Source: Perna viridis
Lineage: Eukaryota
Length of the DNA stretch: 64,000 nt
Direction of reading: 5' to 3'
Assembly: GCA_037379345.1 (NCBI GenBank)
Contig: CM074520.1
Span: forward strand, 5,642,001-5,706,000
Shown: one piece after another, positions 1 to 13,364 of the stretch
Position numbering within the stretch: the first letter of the stretch is position 1
Layout: every line of letters begins with the position of its first letter
Notes under the pieces: model-generated
What the model was told of the DNA's origin: nothing
The model's input: the letters and a program-made list of their open reading frames with translations, nothing else
Database searches by the model: none
Position numbers and translations under genes: made by a program

Positions 1-338
1 AATGTTTATATACATTTATTAAGAGTTGTTTTGGGAAAAAATATCATTATAAATATTTAACACGCCAAGAAAATTAAAAAAAATCTAGACATGTAAAAAT
101 TCCCTTTCAGTAACAGAGCAGCAAAGCACTGGTAATCTACATACAGATCACATAGGTCTATAAAAAGCTTCAGGCTCACAGGGCTCATATAGCAAACTGA
201 AATTTGTTATTTGTTAAACAGTCATTTGTGGTCACTAAGAATAACCACAGCTGACACAGGGAATGCTAGTAAAGATCTAACCCTTCACACTGGAAGTCAT
301 TATTTCCCATTCATAAAAAAAAATGTTTAACCACTTAC

Positions 339-3300
339 AGGTCCCCTTTAGTTTCCTTTTAAAAGATTTTTTCAGTGATGAAGGTGGAGGGACAGGTTTT
401 TGCCTTTCTGTAAATAACATTTTCTGTGTCGTTCCCTCTGAAGATAAAATAGCAGGCTTTTTCTTTGAATCTTCACTATCCAGATCTAACTTGAGTTCTT
501 CTCTCAGCTTTCTGTCAGCTCTGGACTGGATTCCTGTTCCTGGTATCCTATCTTTGAAGTCACCTTGATCACCAGGCCCTGGGGTAGGTGAAGCTGGTGT
601 TGTAGGGTGCATTTTGTTTGCCTAAAATGCCATAAAACAAGACCTACTGGTAATAGGCATTTACATAACAAAACCTTTTGGGATACATTGGTTGTGTTTT
701 CTCAATAAAAAGTTAAATGTGAAGTAATGAATTATTAAATTATCAAAAATACAGGTTGACTTGTCTTTGGAAATTGTAAGGTGGACAAATACAAATATCC
801 ATCAGAGTTAAAGGTAGACAAAACAATTTTAAATTTAGTGTCCATTCTTTAAACCATCATCGATATATGGTTCACATTGTGCAATCAAACACCAATTCAC
901 CAATGTGTTAAATGTACATTAGACTGAATGTCTTGTGAGGGTGTGGAATAGTTTAATTTTTGTTAACAGCGTGTGATTCCAAAGTAATTGGGATACATGT
1001 TTGGGTTACTGAGACAGGTGGGTGTGCGATGATAATACCTGTTTGGGTTACTGAGACAGGTGAGTGTGTGATGATACCTGTTTGGGCTACTGAAACACGT
1101 GGATGAGCAATAATACATGTTTGGGTTACTGAGACAGGAAGATGTGCAATGAAAAATGATCCTTGGATATAAGACCTTGAAACATCAGCTGGACCTAAAC
1201 TAATCTACTAGAAATATATCAATTATTCCAATTTTTTATGTAGAAACAAAAACTTATTTTGAAAGGTTAAACAATACAACATTTTATGTTCAAAGATATC
1301 TGTTTCCCACAAATCAGAAATAAAACATGTGTTCAGGACATGACCAAAAAAACATGTTAATCATTACTTTTATGTTTATAGTTTATTATCGGCTGAAAAT
1401 AAACACGAAGGTCCTGCTTATGACATACAAAGGATTCCTAAACTGGGAAAGAGAGGAGAATTAATTGAACAGAGACTTGCTAATTTTTCCTTGACCAACA
1501 TGTGCATGTTTATCATGTGGATTATACACTTTCAGGACAACATTAGTCATACATTACCTGTGTCATCTACAATATTCAAAACTAAATTGTCACTTAAAAT
1601 CATTTGAGTTCCAAATGTGAATATCATTAAAAGATCATATAACAAAATTATGTATTTATGAAGAATTTTTGTACATGGTATACCCTTTTCTATAAAGGGA
1701 GTTAACTCTTCATTTAATGCAAACAGAGTTAAACAGTGTGTTGTAATTTTTTTTTCATTCTAGATTTGCAAAACTATTTCATCAAAACATCAAAAGCCTT
1801 AAATAAATGTTTCACCAAAAGCAACTATAACATTACAATATACCAGCAACACCATAAATAATTCATAAGTGTGAGATTCAGGGATATCTTTTATGAAATG
1901 GATTTGTTGATAGCCTAAAATAAATGTCCATTGGTGTGTCAAGTAATGAACCTTGACTGTGTAGATTTCAATTTCTATAGATTAACTACCATTGCCATTT
2001 CATCTAGAGCTGTGTCAGACCATCCCTGTACAACAGGCCTTCCTTCCATTACCACTTTGAGGTTTGTAACTTCACCACTACAAACATAATCAGTAGTAAA
2101 TAAATTGTTGATTTGTAAATGACTGGTTGGGTGAACAGTGACAAAGTTTTTAAGTCTGATAATATTTTTAATAATTTGTGATGTCATAAATTCCAAAGAC
2201 TTTCATTGGATTTAAAAGTATTGAAGCACAGGTTATTTTCAGATTTGAGTGGGTTCTTTTTTTAAGTTTTAAGTTGCCTAGGCCAGTTCAAGATTTTAGA
2301 CTACATTTGGTGAAGTATCAAAGTGAATAACTTTATTAATCTTTTAATTAAAAGCATTCTACCTAAAGATGACACTCCTTTATTATACATCTCTTTCAAA
2401 AATAAAATTATCACAAAGTTACACTGTTCCTGAACAAATTCTATAAAACTACATGTGGTGATATGTTTTTATTACATGTATTTTTGTGCTAGCATATGCC
2501 AAAATCTTCATTGAACTTTAGGTACTCAAAAAATTTTAAATAGTACAAACCTGTCTCTGTTTGGAATGACACCAAGGGAGGTAACTTTAGCCTTCTGCAT
2601 TTCTGAAATGTGAAATTTAAAAATAATAACTGTAGGTTAAATAAGTTCTATAGACTTGTTTCAATGAAATACACATTTATTTTTAACTCACAAAATGCGT
2701 ATGTGTACCTTTATATTTGTCAATATGCATTATTATCTAAGGTTTTAAATTATAGACCTGCCCCAGTTGTAAAAATAATCATTGATAATTGAACTTGCAT
2801 TTCATTCAAACATTTAAAAGAATTACTTTGACTGAATTTTTTTACAATGAAAGCACTTCAATAGCAATCAATAAAATCAATGTCAATGACCATTTACTTT
2901 TCTTGACTTATGTTAAAGGACCATGTTATTGTGTCATAAATATCCAAACTAATCAGTTAAATATTCATGAAAAGTAAATTGAAACAAAATAATTTCCTTT
3001 TCATAATTAATTAATCGAAATTTATAATTAGGAAATTTAAATTTCCCATGATCAGTTGAACTGTGACGTCACAAAGTCGGTTTGTAAAGTGGAAGTAATA
3101 GGTCATTGATTACGATGTCCAAAGAAATCACTTTTCCCCTACAATTTCAACCCGAACTAAATAGAAGAAGAGATTGGGGCACAGCATGTAAGCAAATGTC
3201 AGACGTCATTGACGAACAATGGGATTGGCAGCCAGATGACTAGTATTTATAAGGATAATCTTATGGTTACTTCTGAAGAATGTTCGTGTTGCTGGTAAAA

Positions 3301-6300
3301 AAACTTTGAGAACATTTCTCTTTTATCATTCGTGCAATAGTAAAATTGACTGGTCATCATGTTTTGGTGATTAGATTGATTGATTGATTGTTGAGGTTTA
3401 ACGTACGAGCAGCAATATTTCAGCTATATTCAGACAATGAACATGAAATGGATGATAAAATGAACACGAAATGATGATGAAATGAAAAATGGGATGGGAC
3501 ACAAGGATAATAGGGTTGACAAATTTTGATTGCCACTAGAAAAAGGGAGGGATGGGCAAGGTCGGGCAATTTAGCCTCCGGTGGCAGAGCGCAAAGGTTC
3601 CAACTCCTATCGAATACCACAGCAGGGTTCTTTAACATGGGAGGAACATGGCATCTTTCCCAACACGGTGCACCATGGTTTGCGGTCAGGTTTTCCGTAT
3701 TATAGCCTGACAAACCCAGCATGTAACACGCCAGGGGTACCCCATTCCACTATCTGGGGCACACATTCCAGTTGCTCTGTAAGCAGAGCGCCTAGCCCCC
3801 GGCTAGGTTTCTGAGCACTATTTAGTCGCATTTTACGACAAGCTTAGCGCTGCTGCAGGCCTATTCTTTTGACACCAGGACCTGCACGGGGCTTGGTGAT
3901 TAGATATACATGATCGTAGAAATATTTACGGAATATTCTTTGTTTACATATTATTTGCAGTACTTGTATCGGTACCAAACCAACTTAGTGACGTCACGAG
4001 CCAATCGGAAGCTATCGGTAAAAATCAATAAAATCTGGCTATGATCTTCCTTCAGATAGGAGAGTTCTGCAAGATGGCTATCCACTCATATTTCAAGGAT
4101 TTCGAATTTTGCATAGCTTTGAGCATTTTATAAAAGCGCATTTTGCATTAAAGGTTATTTATTTTTGTTTACGTGGGTATGATTTATCATAAGAGCCTAA
4201 CTTAATGCAAAGGTGGTCTTTCCCTTTAGTAAAAAATAAATGTCCAATAGTCATTTTTCATATTTACGGAATGCAAGCCATCTTAGAATGTTTTTAAAAG
4301 GGATGTAACCCACCAACATACAACAACCTGGTTAGTGGTCTCATTGGGGAAAGGATGAACAGTAAACATTTTTCTTTGGAACTTTTTACTATTTACACTA
4401 CAGTAAGTAGCTAAATAGGAATTAAATAAAATAATAGTATCCAAATACTAACCAACACTCAAATCCGTCAAATATTTGAATTTGAAGTCTACTGCTGTTA
4501 ATTGTGCCATTTGGACAGTGAACCAGTCTGTCAGGTTGGAGAGTTATTTCCGTTTACTCAAAATTGTATTTTAAAAAACCAAGTCAAAGCTGGGAATATG
4601 AAAAAGGTCTTTTATAAAGTGGTGAAGTAAAATAACACATATGTCATTTGATTGACAGTCCAAATCATGTAATAAATAGATTCTTTTGTGATAAGTTGAT
4701 GAGCATGCTCAATACACATTTCCATGAGGAAGGGCTTGGGTAGAACAAAAGAACTTTTCTTGTTAAAGTGTATATTGAGCATCCTCTATGCATGTTCTTC
4801 AACTATCGCAGTTAATAAAAAAGGGTCTATAGTATGTGACTGTCTCAATAACCAATCAGCATTTACATAAGTGGTAGTAAAATGTTTCTATAACAGGTAG
4901 AAAACAATCAGCAAAATTAGAGGAAGTTCATTAGCAACCCAGTGTTAAAGAAAGTTTCCTCTTTTTTTACCAATTGTATTAATACTGAAATACTGATGAT
5001 TGGTTTAAATTTCAATATAATGTCATAAAACAAGCATGATGTTACCCACAATGTTTGGAAGAATATGAAATTCAATTGTAAATTTTGTTGATTAAGAATT
5101 ATTTTGGACATACCTTTTGTTGTTATGACTTCCTCTTTGTTGTATGGATATTTCTTGGTTTTGTCCTTAGTATCATCAAGCTTTGAACTCTTATCCAGTG
5201 GATTGTATGGCATCAACATAAACTTTGGGGGTTCCTGTCAGATATAAAAGTTATAAGTAAATAATAGTCAATGTCAAAACACCCTTTAACCTGTTAACCA
5301 GGGAATGTTTTCATATTGGACCTGTTTTTTTTCATATTGGACCTGTTTTTCCATATTGGGCCTGTTTTTCATATCGGACCTGTTTTTCCACACTGTGCCT
5401 GTTTTTCCATATTGGGCCAGTTTTTTTCATATTGGACCTGCTTTTCCATGTTGGGCCTGTTTTTTTTTCCATATTGGACCTGTTGATCCGTATTTATCCA
5501 GTTATTGATCTTCATTGGCTCTTTTTCGATTAGTATTGAATAGGCAATTGCATAAAATATTAATAACTAATATGATCAGGACAAATATTAACTAAAAATA
5601 GGACCAATACAGAACAACAACAGGGTGTATGTGAAACAAAATAGACAAAATACAATTTTATAAGTCAGGCAAGTTATAAAACCAAGCAAGCCGCCATAAC
5701 TCATATTGTAAAAAAATGGGTTCAACCTTTTTCAATTCTTTATCCAGAAGATCTTCATGTAAAACTGGTTCTCTCTTTCTTTTTTCTCTTTTCTTCTCTG
5801 GAATAAAAGCTGGTTGAAGTTTCCTATTAAATAAGTGAAAATATAATGTATGTTTGTAATTGCATTAATAGTCAAAAGTATCCAAATACAAATATAACAC
5901 AAACTACTGAAGCTGATGACACAACAACTAACAGCAGAATACAGTTGTATATAGCATATAGCTATAGAATTGATACATCATTGTAAGTTCTCATGTACAA
6001 CATTGGTATGTATATCTTGGCATGGATACATATTGAAGATTTTTTTAAAAAGAATTGGATGAAAGATTCTTTTCTTCAAAAACCTTGAATATATCATATA
6101 AAGGTATATGTTCATATCTGGATATTAAAATAGAGGTGATAACTGATTACAAAGTTTTAGGCTAGCAACATAAGTAATGAACTCCACCACCAAACTTAAT
6201 ATTACTCAAAAGAAGAACAAAATAAAGTGCACATTGTATTTATTGTGTGAGTACAGATATATAAATTAATATCTAAGAAATCCTGAGATTGCCTACAAAT

Positions 6301-9300
6301 CAGTCAGTAAGAGATGCACAGTTTGCCAACAGACCAGTCAGTCAGAAATACACAGATTGCCTGCAGACCAGTCAGTTGATATCCAGCGATTGCCTACAGA
6401 CCAGTTAATCAGAAATCCATAGATTGCCAACAGACCAGTCGGTAAGAAATCTAGACTGCCTACAGATCATTCAGTCAGAAATCCACAGATTGCTTACAGA
6501 CAAGTTAGTCAGAAATCCATAGATTACCTGCAGACCAGTCAGTAAGAAATCCAGAGATTGCCTACAGACCAGTCAGTAAGAAATCCAAAAATTGCCTGCA
6601 GACCGGTCAGTAAGAGATCCAGAGATTGCTTGCAGACCAGTCAGTAAAAGATCCAGAGATTGCCTACAGACCAGTAAGTCGGAAATGTATAGATTGCCTA
6701 CAGACAAGTCAGCAGATTTATCATGAAATAGAGATTCCTAGTTTTGTTACAAGTAATATACTGATAATTTAGATGTGATGCTCTTATTGTATTCAAATAT
6801 GAAAGTTATTTTAACCTTTCAGCATTAATCTTTTGGCACTACTTATAAAAGGATAAATTCAATGTCACAACAGAAAAAAATAACATTTTAGATTGTACTG
6901 TAAACGTACTAATTTTCGCAGATTCTGTCAAGTGAACATATTCATGAGTATCAATTTTTGCAGTTTCCAAAAAAAAAGGTATAGCTTTAAATGGTATTAA
7001 AATCAATTTTGTGAGTATTATTTTTTTCCGGTTTTCTGTCCACCATGAAAATTAGTACGTTTATGTATATAATTATATATTGCATTAGTTTCTGAATGTA
7101 CAGTACTCTAAACTGTGCTTTTGAATCACCTAACTGAAAACTGAACAAAATGAAAAAAATCACATGGTTGGTAAAGATAAAAGGGACAATGACTGAAATC
7201 CTTCAATTTAAGGTCAATTTTAGAATTAAATACAATTAGTAATAATTACTGATGTTCCTTCATTCAAACTAATGCATTCCCTGTACAACTGTATTAAATA
7301 CACAATATATACATGTAACTAATAGAATAAAAACAGAGGAGGAAACAGGTTTTGTATGATAAAGCACTATAAGAAAGGAATACATAGGTAACCATCACCT
7401 TCTCAATATGTGTATATATAAAGGGAAAGTCTACAAGGAGGCTTTTGCTATAGCCTATAGGGAAATAAAGTTCTCACAGCTAACTTAAACTTTCACAAGA
7501 AGATAACAAAACAAAAGTATTCCTGATTTTCAAATAGAAATTCTTTCTTTTTGGATAAAATATTCACTACCATGACTTTAAGCTGATTTCAAATAGTACT
7601 TTTATACATATTTTTATTTTAAGGTCAATTTTAGAATTAAATACAATTAGTAATAATTACTGATGTTCCTTCATTCAAACTAATGCATTCCCTGTACAAC
7701 TGTATTAAATACACAATATATACATGTAACTAATAGAATAAAAACAGAGGAGGAAACAGGTTTTGTATGATAAAGCACTATAAGAAAGGAATACATAGGT
7801 AACCATCACCTTCTCAATATGTGTATATATAAAGGGAAAGTCTACAAGGAGGCTTTTGCTATAGCCTATAGGGAAATAAAGTTCTCACAGCTAACTTAAA
7901 CTTTCACAAGAAGATAACAAAACAAAAGTATTCCTGATTTTCAAATAGAAATTCTTTCTTTTTGGATAAAATATTCACTACCATGACTTTAAGCTGATTT
8001 CAAATAGTACTTTTATACATATTTTTATTTTATTTCAAACAAATAGAACAATAAATAAAGATTTTTAGCATTGAATATGCATAGCTAATTGATAAATAAA
8101 CATCATTTTGAAAATCAGGTCTTTATAATATCTTGTTTTCAACTATGTAAATAAATTTATAAACAAACACAATCATTCAGGATCTCAACATGGCAAGCTA
8201 ATTTTTTTGGCATTTTCCAGGTGTTTTATTGCATATTTGAAAGTGATATGGATGTTTTTGTCCCTTTAAAAATATTATGACATTGCAAAGCTCTCAGGCT
8301 TGATACAGATGCCTAATGTTGATACACAGGCAGATATTGAACATACAATGAAATAATTTCATTTTATATAAGAAGAAATGATAAGGTCTACATCAAAAAT
8401 ATACATGTATTCATTTTGTCTTTTAAAGACTGTTTCTACTCTAGTAGTAAAATATAGGTCAAAGACAGAAATGGCCATAAACAGCAAGTAGAAGCACAAC
8501 AGACCTGAAATCGTATCCCATGATAAAGGACACCATACTGAATCAAATTTCTAGTGGCTGTGATTTATAGTTGCCGTCAAAATGTTACGAAAATATTTCC
8601 CCGCCTGCCTGACATTCACCATTCCATTTCCCATTAGCCCATTTGCTAGATTGCAATCCGTCCAAAAAATCAGAGTGTCTGTAATAGCTTTTGGTGCATG
8701 TTCATAAAATTTTTTTTTTATTTTTATTCCCACCTTCCTACCTATGTTCTGAGTAGGGAAATATCAAAATAATATATTATCTCAGTATAACAAATAATAA
8801 CAGCCATCAAACTTCAGTAGATGTTGACAGTTGTAAGAATTTGTAACTCAGTCCTGTCAATTATCTGAATTAACTACAAATCCTACTGATGCATATGATC
8901 TTTACAAAAAATTAAGGTGATGAAATGAAGAAGTGCAATCTATAGAAGGAATGTGCTAGTAAAAACTGTAGAAAATTCATGACAACTACATAAACACATT
9001 TTGTGTCAACCACCAAGTACAATGAAGTATTTTTTTCGAGGCAAGAATTGCTATTTGAGAACCCTGATTAATTACCTTTTATCTGCTGTACTGTCAAACA
9101 TGAATACATATGTTAAAACAGACACATGTTAAAACATCTCAATACACAATGTTTGTTTACATTTAAAGTAGGTGTGAAGGAGTCAGCATCTTCTTTCTTA
9201 ATAGTTCATAGTTCAAATACCCATAAACCAAACTTCATTAAGTATTGTCATTACATTAATAGTCCACATTACAACCCCTTCTTAGTTTAAATAATATTAA

Positions 9301-9600
9301 GAAATGTTTAAATGTTATGGGATATGGTAAATTAGATCATATTGTTATACAAATGTACATCATGCACATAAATTAACATGCATTATAATTTTATTTGATT
9401 ACATATTTTATTACAAACCTTGCTACTTTTTGTTGATCATCTAGAGGTGTCATTCTGTTCAGTTCTCTCTTGATTGCAATCTCTGTTATTGACTTTCTAG
9501 CCACATCATCTAACTCACTCCTAAGAGTTATCTCCACTTGTCTGTTGGTGCCAAAGCGAAAAGACCCCCTTTCATCTCGGCCTGGTAAATTTCCTGACAT
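339..9600 (-). CDS. Unidentified multi-exon protein-coding gene, 3'-partial (continues past the window start)
   Basis: Seven GT-AG exons join in frame with matching phases: 9600-9419, 5823-5727, 5234-5114, 4527-4453, 2602-2551, 2077-1990, 621-339 (the last followed by a GTAAGT donor). Protein begins MSGNLPGRDERGSFRFGTNRQVEITLRSELDDVARKSITEIAIKRELNRMTPLDDQQKVAR|KLQPAFIPEKKREKRKREPVLHEDLLDKELKK|EPPKFMLMPYNPLD...|DWFTVQMAQLTAVDFKFKYLTDLSV|EMQKAKVTSLGVIPNRD|SGEVTNLKVVMEGRPVVQGWSDTALDEMAM|ANKMHPTTPASP.... An in-frame TAA lies just upstream of the ATG at 9600. No family recognised. Confidence 0.75.
992..1150. repeat. Intronic minisatellite, about 4 copies of a 39-42 bp unit
   Basis: Recurrent atac[ac]tgtttggg[tc]tactga[ga]aca[gc]g. 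Confidence 0.85.
3377..3892 (-). mobile_element. Short non-autonomous retroposon (SINE-like or RTE-derived) with 13-bp target-site duplication
   Basis: TSD ttggtgattagat at 3364-3376 and 3893-3905. (ATCA)n microsatellite tail at the minus-strand 3' end. GC- and CpG-richer than its flanks, with a structured 5' end. Confidence 0.8.
5305..5482. repeat. Minisatellite, about 20-23 bp unit
   Basis: About 8 copies of ttttccatattggacctg with variable T-runs. Confidence 0.85.
6286..6716. repeat. Minisatellite, 34 bp unit, about 12 diverged copies
   Basis: Unit agtaagaaatccagagattgcctacagaccagtc. Confidence 0.9.
6896..7066. mobile_element. Small MITE-like foldback element
   Basis: Terminal inverted repeats taaacgtactaattttc ... 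gaaaattagtacgttta. Confidence 0.55.
7210..8031. repeat. Apparently identical tandem duplication of a 411-bp intronic segment
   Basis: 7210-7620 is repeated at 7621-8031 (both start aaggtcaattttagaattaaatac). No difference found by eye. Confidence 0.9.
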
Positions 9601-9837
9601 AGTTACACTTTCTTATTCAATCTGAAATTATAGAATTAAAACCAATTTCAATAAATAAAAAAAACAGGACATCTATCATGTTTCTGCAGTGGCTGATCGA
9701 GAAATTTCCAAAAGGGGGCAACTGACTGGCTAAATTTTTTTAGCATAAAAGGGGGCCTGGCCCACCTTTGATCTGCCTATGATCTGTAAGTAATGTTTTG
9801 GTAAGCGTTTTTGGATACACTGTGTAAACTTATGCAC

Positions 9838-11046
9838 TAAACTAGAGGCTCATAAGAACCGGAACTGCTCACCCAGCTTGATAAGCTACATTTATTTTTT
9901 TTTGTAAAAGCAGCCATGTTTTTTTCATGGAAAAAAAATCCCATCATCCATACCTAAGGACCATTAATATAAACTTTCACTGAAATCTGTCCAGTGGTTT
10001 CTGAGGAGATGATATATGAAAGTAATAACATTAAAGATAGCAAAATTAAATACATCCACAAAAGACAATAACTCCATTGTGTTAACAGATTTTCACAAAA
10101 ATTTGACCATGAAAGATCTTATCATGCTGAACACTTTTTGTCTGTTAAAGTTTGGTATAACCTAATGTTTTTTTAAATATAAGTGAAAAACTTCTGCCTA
10201 ACCCTTAAGTTCTATTTGTAGGAACAGAGACAGTATCCATGTTTGTCTATGGATAAAAAAATCCCCACATCAAATCTAAGCAAAACACACTATGGAACAT
10301 TCATACTAAGTTTGGTTCTAAAGTAATTGGTCAAACAGTGTCAGAGGAGAAGATTTTTGAAAGTACTAACATAAAGTAACATTACAAATAGCCAAAATTT
10401 GACCAAAAAAAAGCCATAACTCCATCATGGAATAACAGATTTTCATGAAAATTTATCACAGATAGATGTTATTATGCTGAACACTGTTTGGCATAACCTA
10501 AAGTTTTAGAGATACATACAAAAAAACTGCTGTTGACTCCTATTTTCTATTTTTAGTATAGTGGCCATGTTTGCCTACAGATCTATCACCACATCACTCA
10601 TCAATTCTAGGCAGAATACCCTAAGGAACATTCATACCAAGTATGTTTCTAATTGGTTGAGTAGTGTCAGAGGAGGAGATTTTTAAAAGTAACATTAAAA
10701 TGCGTCCAAAAAGGGCAATAATTTCAACACTGCATAACAGATTTTCACAAAAATTTGACCACAGATAGATCTCATCATGTTAAACATGTTCCTTTGTCAG
10801 AGTTTGGCTAAACCTAACAGTTGCTGTCTGACCCTTGTGTTCAATTTTTAGTACAACAGCCATGTTTGTCTACGGATAAAAAATTCCCATATCAGTTCTA
10901 GGCAGAATACCCTAAGGAACATTCTTACCAAGTATGGTTCTAATTGGTCTAGTTGTGTCAGAGAAGAGTTTTGAAAACAATGTTGACGAAGATGACACAT
11001 GCCAAGTGATGACAGTAACTCACATCGCCTGATCTTAAAAGTCAAA
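9838..11046. mobile_element. Non-autonomous element with 3-4 diverged internal repeats of about 300 bp (Helentron/HINE-like satellite carrier)
   Basis: Recurrent blocks cctaaggaacattcataccaagtatggttctaattgg...gtgtcagaggagaagattttt and taacagattttcacaaaaatttgacca. Starts aaactagaggctc. Family assignment is from general knowledge of bivalve repeats. Confidence 0.6.
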
Positions 11047-13139
11047 GTCAGGAAGAAAAGACCTATAAATCTAGACCTAGTTCAGATGAAACTTCAACGA
11101 CTTTTTTCAACAGCATATTTGGTATCGCTCACCCACTGATGTGGCTTCTCCTTATACTGTAAAGATGATGCTCACCCTTTGATGTGAGCCTCTACTAGTA
11201 CTATTTTCATGGTTGCTCACATTTGTGTTTCTGTTACAAGAAAATATTTGCTGATTATCAAAGTTTTGTTTTATATGAGCCAAGGAGGACATGTGTGGAA
11301 TCCATCAACGAAACTAAAATTCCCCATTAACATTTCGTAAAATAGGGCTAAATTGCCTTTAAACATTTTTTTACATTGGAAATATGAACAAAAATATGTC
11401 ACAATGGACCAAAGTCTGAACATAATATACCCAGATAATTTTTATTGATAATTTTTTAGATACCTTTGTCAACCCTGACTTCTACTTTCATTATTAGCAG
11501 GCAGTGGAAAAAGCATGTGTACAAATAAAACAAACTTAAATGTTTTAAATTAAGGTCATTGTTTTTTAATTCCCTGATGTAAATGATGTTTCAATAACAA
11601 TGTTGTTTTTTTCTCAATGTTACATAATAAATGCAGTAGAGAACATTACGGTACATTTGCCCAATTAACCAAGCAGCCAATGAGTTTTTCAAAACAGATA
11701 AAATTTTGATAAACTGAAATTTAGCTTCCTGGCTGGGCATTCCTTTATAAAATCCTTTCATTGCTTAATGCACAATTAGGGGACAACAATTTGATTCTGA
11801 GGGGGGAGGGGGTCCTGGCAAACTCCATGAGGTCCAAATATTTATTTTTGAAATTTTCAACCACATCCATACATCAGTGCAAGATTATTTATTTCCATTT
11901 CCCTGTATAGTCTAGCGATCTGGACAAGGGTAAGAAAATTCATTTATTTTCTAGGAAATGTAGGCCAGAATATTTGTTTTCAACTTTTTCAGGGCCAAAA
12001 TATTTATTTCAAAAACTGGCAGGCTCCTAAGAATCTATTATATGGTTGTCACCTTATAGACAATAGACAATTTTATTTGCACAAACACATTTACAGTAAA
12101 TGGTTATGGCATGAACAAAAACAGAACAATGTAATATACGTTACATATAAACTAAATTTATGACCATGGTGCGACAGTGGTATAAATCTGATCAAAACAG
12201 ATTAATCTACAGTTTTAATGTTATATATTAATATAATTTCTGTTAAATTAAATTGACCTTCGATTCCAACATTCACTCATGAATTTGATAGTTATTTTTA
12301 GTATTTCTATAGAGCTACTGTTTAATATGTATGCTATGTCTCTTGGTGTGAGGTGAGGTTTTGATGAAGAAATTGAATTATGGTTGTCCAATTTCATTCT
12401 GTATTGATTTCTTTGCAGTGAGAAATGATATATATCCTCTATGTTCCCACTATCACATGATTAACGAAGACGTTTTTTTCTCTCTATGTTTTTGTACCGA
12501 CCCCTTTCTATTTTGAAGAAAGTACAGAACCAACATGTATTTAGTCTTACAAGAAAAAAATGTTGCAAAATTGTTAATGTGCACTCTAAAATGAGTAAAG
12601 AATGGTTTAGATTTTCTTGACCAAAACCTCATGAGGATACCAAATAACAGCTTTCAACAGATTCATAACACACTACTTTATTGATGTTTAACCTTACAAA
12701 AAAGTAATACACATTGCCCAATAAAACCTGTATTTTTTAAGTAGTGCCTACTGGGACAGGCACTACTTCTAAAACCTTGCTTTTTGCCATGTGAAAGTAC
12801 TTGTGCCAGTTAAAGACAGTTGTGGACATAAACATCTCAAATAATGTATCTTCCACTTTACAGCAAGTAATTTGCTTGTTTCTGAGCGATTTTTTTGTGA
12901 TTGACTGTTTCTTTTGTTGTATTTCTTAAATATGTTGCAATCGTTTGACAATTTGGTGTTTCAATTTTAGCAAGTAAAGTTTTACTTTTAACATCTGAGT
13001 CACGAAATACTTAGATGATTCCTGTTTAAAAGACTTGCAAAGCAATCTTATACCATTAAAATATGCGGATCACTTTAAGTACTGTGTATCTTTTTGTTGC
13101 TGTTCAGAGGTTTTACGAATAGGTATGAAGAGCGCCCTG

Positions 13140-13364
13140 TATAAGTGCATGGAAACACAACCACCTGCCGTCGGTTTCAAATGGCAGCCATATTGTTTAT
13201 GTGTTGTTGGGTTACGCTCGGGTATTTCCGTTTAATCACGACTTTATTAGCAACGGAATAAGCCGAAAAACTCCGATAAAAAATCGATCTTTTCCGTTAA
13301 CATCTGGTTCCCGATTACTATTATTCCTGATATAAATGTATTTAGAACCAGATACAAAGAAATC
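13140..13364. promoter_or_regulatory. Bidirectional promoter of MRPL28 and the minus-strand gene, with overlapping YY1-type motifs
   Basis: Local CpG-rich patch between head-to-head genes. caaatggcagccatattg (13178-13195) reads AAATGGC on + and AATATGGC on -. Confidence 0.6.

Noticed and set aside
6286-6716. 34-bp repeat array as CRISPR
   Set aside because: Units are contiguous and diverged, with no spacers.
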